From NCBI GenBank assembly GCA_026025795.1, contig JAPEUG010000047.1, positions 1 to 64,000 on the forward strand: a stretch of 64,000 nucleotides of DNA, in the 5' to 3' direction. The notes beneath the pieces were generated by a model. The model had not been told where the DNA came from. It did no database searches and worked only from the letters and a program-made list of their open reading frames with translations. The position numbers and the translations under genes were made by a program. Below, piece after piece: positions 23,606 to 34,300 of this stretch (within the stretch, counting starts at the first letter, position 1; each line of letters starts with the position of its first letter). This DNA comes from Thelocarpon superellum (lineage: Eukaryota).

Positions 23606-24025
23606 TCTTGCTGCTCGGAATGTTTTGAGAAGGGTGTCTGCACGATATAGTCCCTGCGTTTCCCTAGCAGCTTAGCAGCCAAGGAGCGAAGAATGCGTGG
23701 TGGCGAAGGTGATTGGTCGGAGTCAATGCCAAACCCAAAATCTCCCCATCCTCACTACGGCGTCATGCTATTCCCCTTTGCGGCCTTTGTTGCACAGACC
23801 CGCCATGTCGCGAAATGCTGCATCGGCGTCTACGGTACTCATCCCGGAGCATCGAGACTTTTGTCAAGTTACCGGTGGATACGGCTTTTCATTGCATAGC
23901 CATCTCGGCCCATTTCTCGATCGGGTCAGGGATATGGGAGCAACTCGGCAGCTAATGTAGGCTACTGGCGCTCCGTACCAGTTGATGGTAGGTGTCGTGG
24001 CTAGGCGCTCGTCTCAACGCACAAT

Positions 24026-24785
24026 CTAGTAATTATTGTCGTTGTTGCCACCAGCCTGGTCACGTCGGGCCGACCCCTGCTGTTGCAGTTTGTCGCTGCC
24101 AATGAAGCCACCAACCTTCTCCAGCAGCTTTCCACTGGTGGAGTCTCCTGGCAAACGTTTTAGTCAACGCTCCGCATCAAGAGAGGAGAGATCCAACCTT
24201 GGTTGCCGGACTGGCCGCCAGACTGGCCGCCGGATGAGCCGTAGTTGTCGCCTTGCCCAGAGGATCCATAAGAGTCGTTGCCGCCCTGTCCCGACGATCC
24301 ATAGCTTCCACCGCTCTGGCCCGTGCTGTCCGATCCGAAGCCACCGGTCTGACCGGATCCATAGTTGTCACCGCCGCTACCACCGCCGAGACCACCCTGC
24401 CCTGACGATCCGTAGCTGTCGGTATTGCCGCCGCCGATGCCGCCCTGTCCCGACGAGCCGTAGTTGTCACTGCTGCCGCCGCCGCTGCCGCCGCCGAAGC
24501 CACCTTGTCCCGAAGAGCCGTAGCTGTCGGTGTTGCCGCCGCCTAGGCCGGAGCCGGAGTTGTCGTTGCCGTAGCCGCCGCCGGTATTACCAGACTGCTT
24601 GAAGACGATCAGGATACAGGACTCTCGACCTGGTCGGACACACGGTGAGACCTACGCCGTAGCCTCCCTGGTTGCCTGAATCCCCTCCGTACCCACCGCC
24701 GCTGCTCTGACGTCATGGTCAGCGTTGGGTGAGGTGCATGCTCCATGCGCGGCCGAGCACTCACCGAGTTGTCGTAGTTGGACAT
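24026..24785 (-). CDS. Gly/Ser/Tyr/Asn-rich repetitive hydrophilin-like protein with a C-terminal CsbD-like helix; introns 24764-24707, 24655-24598 (or 24595), 24197-24148
   Basis: Not in the ORF track. Reconstructed as MSNYDNS|SSGGGYGGDSGNQGGYG|(Q)SGNTGGGYG...(D-S/N-YGSSGQGG)n...|GDSTSGKLLEKVGGFIGSDKLQQQGSARRDQAGGNNDNNY*; all junctions are in phase. Confidence 0.78.
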
Positions 24786-26028
24786 GATGTGAGATTAGAG
24801 CGAGCTGTTGATGAGGGATGGTTGGGATGAGTGGAGTCGATGGGTGGCTTCAAGGATTGAGGATCGATGATGCAGTCACAAAGCTACGAGGAGAGGGGCA
24901 GGGGCCTTTATGTGTCTTGCAGCCTCGTATTCAATTGTTAGGTACGGTAGCAGAGGACCAGCCCGATCGATTCCCACGAGTAGTGTCCAAGCTCCATGAA
25001 GACGAATTATGGCGCAACGACGACTACACCAGGCCTAAGGGCGTTGGTGCGAGACGTAAAGGTGGCCGTACTTGGGACAAACCTGCACCCTGGCGGGGTC
25101 ATCTCCAGGAACGGGCTTCCTTGTTTTGGGACAAGATCAAACCGCAGGACGCGGTACTCGTACCAAAAACAACGCCGGATGTCTTAATTCAGCTCCGGCA
25201 GAGTGCCTCGCCACGAGCGGGCGTGCATCGTGTCCTTGGCTGGAGGTCCGTGGCGCAAGCACCGCCATGGACGATGGTGGCAAGCAGATGGCAGCCTTGG
25301 CCAGAACGCAGGGCTGGGGTTGGCTCGGCGTCACTCGAAGGCGGGAACGGAAGCGACAAGCACCACGCGGGGGATCTAGACGGCCTCGTAACGCATACCG
25401 CTCTGCATGCTCACCCCGCTAGTTGGCCCCCCGAACCTGCCCCGGCTGACCCCGCTTTCGTTGCTCCTCCGATGCCATCATACCGCATCCACTGCACCCA
25501 CCACGCCACCTGAACCCTCGTGCAGGAAGCTTCCAATACACCCATTACACAGGGTGGGGCCCTCGCCGTTTGCAGCTTAGCTACCCCTCCACTCCTCTAC
25601 GATTGGACCAGGACCAGGTCGATGCTGCACTGCTCCCTGCGGGTCATCGTAGCGTTGACGTCGGCGACGGCGACAGGCCCTCACGACAGCGATTGCGTCG
25701 ACAGGCTGTCCCAAGAGGGTAGGGGTCGCCTTTTTGAGCGCAGCAGGGTTCTCTGGACCGAGAGACATGGAGACACATGCACCGTGGCCGACCATGTCTC
25801 CAGCCCTCGAACCACGTGGTACGATTGGGCAAGGGCAAATGGTCGAGAGCAATGCGGCTCTACATGAATTGTGCAAGCTATGGCGCCATCATGGCACCCG
25901 CAAGGAGTATGAAGGCCTGTCTAGTACACCATCACCCTGCCACATCAGCACGCGCTCAATTGACTCAAAACCCGGCCCGTCGGACCACACAATATCGCGC
26001 ACGACTCCAACAGCGCCCATCGAGCTGC

Positions 26029-27172
26029 TCATCGGACGTATTTGTTCTGTGAACGGCTAAGTGCTTGTCACCGGAGTGGCGGAGACTGAACTAACCATGA
26101 ATCGTTTGTGGAAATCCGATCGTAGCAGGTCCTAGAGCGTTGTCAGTGACCGCATCAACAGCATTGCTGGTGTTAACCGCCATGAGGCATACGTTGACAA
26201 ACTCCTTCTTCGTCTTGTTCTCTGTCCCACGAGCCTGGTTCTTGAAGATCACGTCGTCGTCCCACCTACACGGCCATTAGAATCGGTGCTGGATGTGCAG
26301 ATAATGGGGTCTCACCGCCGCTTGACGGCGAAATCCGTAGGGTTGAGCAAAGGGTTGCCTCGTGCCACGTCAAATTCTCGTGCTTCTTCCTCTTTGGCCG
26401 CTTTCTCTCGTTCCTATCCACAATCAGCTCTGCCCACGGTGCCGGGGTCTCCCCGTCACGAAGGAATGCACACCTCTCGTTCTCGCTGCTCGGCTCGTTC
26501 CCGTTTGATCTTGGCCAGCTCTCTCATCAGCTCGGCCGTTTCATCTTCCTCATCATCACTGGCCACACCCGTCAGCCCATGGATACGCGAGGTGATCACG
26601 GAACGGCGACGACCCACCTCTCTTCGCTGGAGCTATCGTCATCGGACCCATCTGAGTCGGCATCGATGTCTCTTGTCTCCTCCAGTATCCGTCGACGTTT
26701 GGCGGCAGGGTCTTCGTTGTCCCCATCCACCTCCGTCGTACCCTGCTCCAGCTGTCGCTTGGGGTTCGATGGAGAACTGATGGCATCGCCCTCCGCTTCC
26801 TCGGTAATGCCTTTGGTCTTTGCAATGTGGGCAGCTTCAGCCTTGAGAAGCTCCGCACGGAGGTCTCGAACTTCGTGGTCAGCGTCTGCGCCCTGTCCTG
26901 GTTGTCTGTAATCCCCATTAGCATGAGGTTTGGTCACGCACGTAGTCTTTCTCGTACCGGAACTTGAGCTGGGTATACGCTGGGAGAAGGCGCTGGTGGT
27001 ACGCGACGCCTCGGGCGGCTTCTTTGCCCCGGGCCTATACATCGGTCAGCGGCCTCCAGGGGTTAGCGGCGTTAGAGGGCGTTCTGACCGGGTCAAACGT
27101 GGGTCTATGCGCTACATTCTTGTCAGCCAAGCCGTATGGCGGTCACCAAAATAAGGACTTACCTGTTGTCAT
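26029..27172 (-). CDS. CWC15: Pre-mRNA splicing factor Cwc15; 9 exons, introns 27162-27112, 27088-27035, 26957-26906, 26617-26559, 26473-26414, 26315-26266, 26192-26132, 26095-26047
   Basis: Spliced product reads MTTAHRPTFDPARGKE...HQRLLPAYTQLKFRQ...GNPLLN...KRRWDDDVIFKNQAR...FVNDLLRSDFHKRFMNKYVR. Confidence 0.95.
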
Positions 27173-27409
27173 GGCTGCAGCATGCGTTGAAGTTGCCTGT
27201 TCCTCTCCCGCCGTTTATTTCGAGACCTCTACAACTCCCTCAGAGCGTGGATACTTGAGGCTTTGATTAGTCATCTCCGGGCGAGAAGTAATTCTTGACT
27301 AACCCGAAGAAGTTTGCCCAGTTCACACCACCAAGAATGGGTATAAGATGGATCGTAAAGGTTCGAGAGAAAACTCCCTGATTCCACAGCAATCGTCCAC
27401 TTTCTCAAG
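27173..27409. promoter_or_regulatory. Probable bidirectional promoter, CWC15 / RRP45
   Basis: Only 237 bp separate the two divergent start codons. Confidence 0.6.
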
Positions 27410-28406
27410 ATGCCTCGAGAGGCAGAACTTTCTGTCAACGAGAAGTCGTTCGTCTTGAACGCATTACGGGAGAAAGTCCGCCTCGACGGCCGAGGCTTTG
27501 ATGATTTTCGCAAGCTACGTCTGACCTTTGGCGAGGAGTTTGGTGTGGCAGATGTCAGCCTGGGGAAAACAAGGTGAGTGGAAGCTGAGTGAGGCCTTGT
27601 CGGAAGGACAGGCACATATGCTAAGATCTGGTAGAGTCATTGCCCGCATCTCTGCCGAGGTCACTAAGCCTTTCGTTGACCGCCCATTCGATGGCGTCTT
27701 CACCATCTCGACGGAACTAAGTCCAATGGCATCACCTGCGTTCGAAGTGGGCAGGTCAGCACCGTTCCGTACTGTACGTTCTCGACACTTCGGGCCTGAC
27801 TGAACATCCAGACAGACTGAGCAGGAAGTCATACTGTCCCGCATTTTAGAAAAAGCCATTCGACGCGCGAATGCGTTAGATACGGAATCGCTGTGCATCG
27901 TCGCCGGCCAGCAATGTTGGAACGTGCGAGCGGACGTCCACGTGCTCGACTACGATGGCGGGCTGACGGATGCCACCTGCATCGCAGTCATGGCAGCGCT
28001 GCGCCACTTCCGGCGCCCCGACGTCAGCGTCGAGGGCGAAGAGGTGACAATCCACACCTTGGCCGAGAGGGTGCCAGTACCTCTTTCCTTGTTACACCAT
28101 CCGGTCTGCGTCACCTTCTCCTTCTTCCTGGGAGGTGACGTGGTCTTGATCGACAGCACGCTGCAGGAAGAGCAGCTACGCGAAGGCGAGCTCGTCATAA
28201 CCCTGAATCAGCATGGCGAGGTGTGCCAGATCGCGAAGCTAGGCGGGGCTCCGGTGGACGCCTTGCTGCTGTTGAAATGCACGAACGTGGCGCTGGTCAA
28301 GACGAAAGAGCTCTCACGAATCATCATGCGACGATTGGATGAGGACCATAAGGCCAAGAACGTGGACGGACTAATGGCGGAACTCAGTGCAGAGAATGCC
28401 CGATAA
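27410..28406 (+). CDS. RRP45: Exosome core subunit Rrp45 (RNase PH-like); introns 27574-27634, 27755-27811
   Basis: MPREAELSVNEKSF...RLDGR, ELSPMASPAFE, ALDTESLCIVAG, RADVHVLD, ALRHFRRP; C-terminus AELSAENAR. Confidence 0.93.
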
Positions 28407-29460
28407 GGTCATTTAGCTCTGATTTGGTCCTCCCGCTCATCGGTGCGCTCCTCGTGTGCATCGGTGCTGTGCCGCAGACGGGCGTCACTAGACGCTATCT
28501 CCTGTCCAGTAACGATTCGTGACATACGCGTCGGTCAGGCGGTAGTCCGGGGGTAGGGTTGAGAGTGTATCGACTCGCTGGTGAGGTCATTGTTGATTAA
28601 TCCTCCCATGCCCCTGACGGTAGATGAACGACTCTCAATTGCGACCCGGGGCCACGGGTCGATGATGCCTGCCGGACTGAATGTACGCCGGAGTGGACGT
28701 CTACTTGTACCTGCGCGAAGTCGGCGGTAGTATTGCCTGGCAATGTAAATAGACAAGGCGGCGACAAAAAGCTAAGAGTGGTGAAGAGAGACTAATGCGG
28801 CCGAGGTCACGTCGCTTAACTTCCTAATTGAGCTATTTAAGGGCCTATGCTATCTCGTATCTGAGGATAAATAAAGTGGGAACGTGCAGAAAGGCTAATC
28901 GGAGAGCTTGCAGGAGCTGAGTGACGATTCCGCCCCCAGGGCAAGTTTCGGCCAATCTGCTTTCACGATTTACCGCCCAACCACTCGTGCCATCAACGCC
29001 ACCACGCTGCATGACCCAATCAGCAACAAGTGGCGTCACCGCTTAGTCGTTCCCCTATTGCCTGCATCCGGCAATTCGGGATCAAGATAGCATCAATAAT
29101 TTGGTCACATTGTGATGAGAGTAAAACTTCCCGAAATGGCTAAAGTGAGGGGCTATTGACAGCAAATTGCTGTGCCGTCGACCAGCGCGACCGCCACGAG
29201 GACGTCGATTGGATTTCCACGCGGGCGCCTCATACCGCCACCGTGGGTATGGGGAACGGAGTGTTCTATTTTCTATTGTTGTGATCTGGATCTGCAGAAG
29301 GATAAAGACGGCCATCATCCTCCCATGATGGCTGTATTGTTTCTTCACCCCTCGAGTCTCTGGACTTTGGACTCCATCCATACCATACCAACTACTCTCT
29401 CGCGGAGTATCCCCACAATCCTCTTCCCTCACTCCGACCCTGCCTTGACCACCCGTCAAG

Positions 29461-30471
29461 ATGGTCCACCTCAACACCTCTCATCGGGCATGCTCCAAGC
29501 GAATAATCTCGGCGCCCAAGGCCTGTTCATCATACTTCACGCCAGCGCATCAAGCGATCAACTCCCCCGAACTCTCCAAGGCGCTCCGCTACGTCTCGCA
29601 CAAGCTCGAGGCCAAGCACACCCACACGACCTTTATCGTCAACACGGTCAACGCCGGATCATCCCGCAAGGTGCAGGGCCAAGGTCCCTCCGTCACCATG
29701 ATACCCGCCTCGATCGTGACGGCTGAAACCCACCAAGTCCTGGTCGAGAGCATCTCGAAGGCGGAGCGACGCTACCGGGTTTCGGGCAACGCCTTCCTCC
29801 AAGCCCTGTGCCGACCAAGTGCCGTGGCCGAAGCCTCCAACTACCTCGTCGGGCAGTCGTTGGTGCAGCACGAAGTGCTCTTCATGAGCGAAGGCCTGAC
29901 GCTTCTGGACATCGACTACATCTACCTTCTCAAGACACGACTGCAGCAATACACACGACTCTTCCGACCCTCGGCCCGCGCCGCCTGCGTCGAAGCCCTC
30001 CACCTCGTCTGCAAAGCCAGCGACACCCGGCCCCTGTACATGAGCGACCTCATTCGCGCCTACGACCACCTGGCCGTCAGCGAGACCGCGATCCGCGAGA
30101 TCCACGACCTCTATGTCGCTCGCTTCCAGCACGCAGCCATCTCCTTCCCCGAAGACGAAGAACTGCTCGAGTCCGAATCCGAGTCCGAATCCGAAGACAC
30201 GTACTCCTATCCCGCCCTGAAAGCGGCCTCCACATACCCTGTCGCACCCAAACACACGCGCAATCTCAGCTTCATCGCCTCTCCCACCCCGCTACGGCTC
30301 CACATCGGGAGCAGCGCGTGCAGCAGCGCGAGCAGCAGCGCAACCACTTCACCTGTCGACATCAACGACGACAACAACAAAACCGAGCGCCTTCAAAACG
30401 GCCCGGAGTTCGACGAGATTCGTGCTTCCGCACGCTGGGAGTGGTCCTTGTTCTTGTCGGGCGAGAGTTGA
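29461..30471 (+). CDS. Hypothetical protein, single exon
   Basis: 336-aa ATG-initiated ORF with strong C/G third-position codon bias like the neighbouring genes, followed by a pyrimidine-rich 3' region. No family recognised. Confidence 0.7.
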   Translation: MVHLNTSHRACSKRIISAPKACSSYFTPAHQAINSPELSKALRYVSHKLEAKHTHTTFIVNTVNAGSSRKVQGQGPSVTMIPASIVTAETHQVLVESISKAERRYRVSGNAFLQALCRPSAVAEASNYLVGQSLVQHEVLFMSEGLTLLDIDYIYLLKTRLQQYTRLFRPSARAACVEALHLVCKASDTRPLYMSDLIRAYDHLAVSETAIREIHDLYVARFQHAAISFPEDEELLESESESESEDTYSYPALKAASTYPVAPKHTRNLSFIASPTPLRLHIGSSACSSASSSATTSPVDINDDNNKTERLQNGPEFDEIRASARWEWSLFLSGES

Positions 30472-31346
30472 GCACTGTCAGACATTGCTCGTATTGCTCA
30501 CTCGCTCTGTTCCTCTTCCCACTTACACGACTTGCATGATGGAACGCGGCAGATTCGCTTCGCTGTCTGAATCATTGCAAAACAACTTGGGACATCCCAC
30601 ATGTACATATACACTCTTATACCCTCGTCATATTTTCTTCCCCTATATTTTTTACATGCCTTTCTCTCTCCCTTCCTCGCTCTTCTTAGATACCTAGATC
30701 TTCTCTCTTCTCTTCTCTTCTCTTCTTTTCCTACACTCTTCTGCTATGGTCTTCTGGCTCTACATAGAATGCATGACTCACGACATGACGAATTGAAGAT
30801 ACCATGACTCGCTCAATCACTCACCTATTCACTTACCTGCTCCTTCACTCATAAGATAAAAGAGCCAGACACAGATCCCCGCAAGCTCATCATCGTCATC
30901 ATAATCTACATTCACTATAGGGCTCATTCCAATGGACGTTAGGTCTCATTGAGAGATGCAAGGTTACATACATCCTATCCTGCTCGGCCCTACCCTACCC
31001 TACCATACCCTGCCCAGCCAAGCCATATCACGTAGCAAAATCCCCTGGCGGTTGCTATACAGCTACCTGAGCTATACGCGCGCCATCCGTGTTCGCATAA
31101 GACATTTTTCGAAGAAGGTGAGGCAAGGGGAGGAAGAGGAAGGGAAGATGAGCGAGACAGCAGAAGGCCCAAGATGGCTGGGAGAACGGTATCGTTGTCG
31201 CATCCGACGGAGCGTGAGAAGATGAAATCGCTGCACAAGGGGGAAATGCAGTAAATGCAAGAGCAGCAGAGCGAGAGAGACTCATGTAAATATGAAATCG
31301 TTGCTTGCCGGAGTAAACGCGCAAGGATCGTAGAATCGCAAGAGGC

Positions 31347-34300
31347 CTACGCCGAGACGGACTGCGGCTTGGGTCCCAGCGCCGGCGAGTGAGGAAGTGA
31401 GTCCTTGTCTAGCCGGCCGCGACTCGTCGATCGCGCGTCTTGTCGTGAATCGAAGGACTTAGCGTCATGGATACTCATGTCGCCGTCATCGTGGTCGGGG
31501 ATGGCCATGAGGGCCGATCGTGAGTTCCTTCGGCTGTTCATGCTAGACGTCTCGCCTGCGTCCGGGGAGAGGAGTCGATCGCGATCTAGGCGCGCATTGG
31601 AGCTCGTGAAAGACAGTCGATGCGGGTCTGGCGCTCCGGACGAGTCGCCCTCGTCGTCGGCCGCATTGGTGACGACGACGCGGGCGCCTTCGCTTTGCGA
31701 TTGTTTGCGCATCCTGAGGCGGTCCTCCGGTGACATGGCATGCCATTCGGACCCGAAGGTGATGACGGACGCCTTCTTGCCGTGGACCGTGAAGCTTCCG
31801 GCACCACGTGCCAGCCCCTCATTCTCCGTCGTGGATTGGCCATCGTCCGTGATGGCGGTGCTGGTCGACGAATCTTTGCCTTTCTTGCCGCGATGGTGCG
31901 TCGGAGTGTGTGGGTCGCGAAGAGAGCGATGCAACGTTCGGCGGAGTCGGGCTTTGTCGCCTGCTTCCGTGTCGATCGATTTTCCTGGACTAAGCTCCGT
32001 CATTTCCTCCGCCTCGCTCGCTGCATCTGCGAGCTGGCGTCCCGATGAGCCGTCTGACCGGACGAGACCGGCGTCGCGGAGCACTTCGATCTCGCCATTG
32101 TCGACGCTGGGCTGGCGCGTCGCGATCTGGACGACATCTGCCAGCGTCGCTCCCCTTCCATCTACCGTGGCGGTATCCGGTCGGTCGGCTGTATCCACAT
32201 TGACACCCGCCATGCTGGCCACGGAGGGGACGGGGCCAGCGGATGGCGTGAACGAGAGCGGCGGCAGCTCCCACGAGCCCTTGGCGCGATGGTAGCTGGA
32301 CTGCCGCGCGAGTTCGGGATGCGTTTGGAAGATGTCGTCCAGACCATGGTGACTCGGGGGTGGTTCGGTTGCGTCGTTGGTCCCCGTCGGGACCCGACGA
32401 CCACTGTCGACGGAGGTTCGTTTCGAGTCTCCCCGTCCCACGCCCGTCCGTGAAGACTCCCGCACAGGGATGACTGGGGCCGAGGTGATCGACGCGCCAT
32501 TACTGGCGTCGGCCTTGTAGTCGGCCTCGAGGTCCAGAGCTAAAACCTCCTTGTGGCATCGGAGGCGCCACATCTCGATCCGGGTCCACTTGATGGTCGC
32601 TGCCAGACGGCCCGCGGCGAGCAAGACCTGTTCGTGAGTCTTGGCCTGGATGGGCGCCAGGATTTGCAGATGACGTGCGCTCCGGAGCTGGTGATCCAGA
32701 CTCTTCTGGAGCGCAGCCAGCTTGTCCTCGCCGTCGTCGATCTTCTGAGACATGATCTGCCGCCGTGTGATCCAGACTTGCTGGGCTACCGGCGCCTCAT
32801 ATCGGCCGATAGAGGCGGGACCATCGGCCAATGACGTGTGAGTGGAGGTGCCGGAGTCGTTCGTCTCGCGTCGTCGAATGCCGCGACTCCGCTGGCCCTC
32901 ATACTGGCTTCCCACGAGACCGCGCATGCGGACCCCGGCAGTACGGAAGGAGGCGGCATAGTTGAGCTTGGCGAGCCAGTCGTTCATGTCCTTCTCATTC
33001 TCGGCCAGGAACGTCTCCTCGAACATGCCTAAGCGGACAAAGGTGAAGGCGTGCTTGTGCTTCTTGTAGCTCGTATCTAGCAGGGCGACGGCGTCGTCGG
33101 TCGTCATGAGCGCATCGGGTTTGAAGTTCTCAAGGGGCGGCTTGAAAATGACGGGCACGCCGGCATGGCCGTGTTTGTGGTGCGACTCGTACTGATGGAT
33201 CAGGTTCTTGACCCACGTGGTATTGCGGAAGAAGTAGAGTTGCGCGCCGGTCAAGATGGCGCCCCACTCTTGCCACGGGGAACGGGCCTTCTTCTTCTTG
33301 GCGTCCTTCCGCCACAAAAGGCCGACCTTGGTGATCTTGATGTCCACGACACCTGGGTGGGCCTCGTTGGGATTGGTGATGGTGGAGGGGGATTTGAAGG
33401 CGTCGGGCCGCGACCGGGCGGAGATGATCTGCAGGACGCCAGACTTGAAGAAGGTCCGTTGAAGATTCTCCAAGTCCAAGGCTGGGGCGGAGCCCAGGTA
33501 GCTGTACGGATCGTCCATGCTCATGACGTCTTTCAGGCCGGGCCGGAGACTGTCCAGGCGGTGATCGATGATCAGGGTATAGGGATCGATGGGTCCCTTG
33601 GGCTGTTTCCGCACGGTTTCGCTCGAGCGGCGGGGGAAGATGGTCTTGCTGCTGCGGGACCGGGGGGCGACGATCCGTTCGCCACTGATGTCCAGATCGT
33701 CCTCGACATGGATGAAAGGGGTGTAGGAGATGTTATCGTAGAAGCACTCGAGTACGTCGTCGGACATGCCTTCGCCCTTGGTGTTCTTAAGGTAGTCGGA
33801 CTTGAGCATCTTGTGCTTGTTGTTCTTGTTGAAGACATCGGTATGGAGGATAAGCAAGGAGAAGGCGATGAAGTACGCTTGTTCGGACGAGGTGTAGATG
33901 CCCGGGTTGCACTCGTGATAGCGATCGGCGAAGCTCTGCAGGACGCGATCAATCTGTTGCGTCTCCTTGGGGAGCTCGACCTCCATGAGCAGCTTGCGGA
34001 TGGCCATGTCCATCGGATCCTCGAAGAAGGCAAAGGAACGCATGTAACTGCGCAATACGGCGCGGGAGAAGCTGTCGTTGGATCGGGACAAGATGCTGGC
34101 GACGACGCCACGGCTGACGGCCTCTTCGAGGCGCGCCAGGTACTTGACTGGGGTGTCATCGGCTTCGCGCTCCGGGACAAAGAGATGCTCGCGGACCAGG
34201 TTGAAGGAATTGGCCTTTGAAACGCTCTCAATGGGCGTCGCGGGAGAACCGTGGCGGGGGTGGGGTGATTCGGAGTCTGGGCGTAGCCGGTGCGAGAAGC

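Noticed and set aside
24200..24600. Regularly spaced direct repeats resembling a CRISPR-like or satellite array
   Set aside because: Repeats are degenerate at third codon positions and encode the YGSSGQGG peptide repeat; the context is eukaryotic and there are no cas genes.
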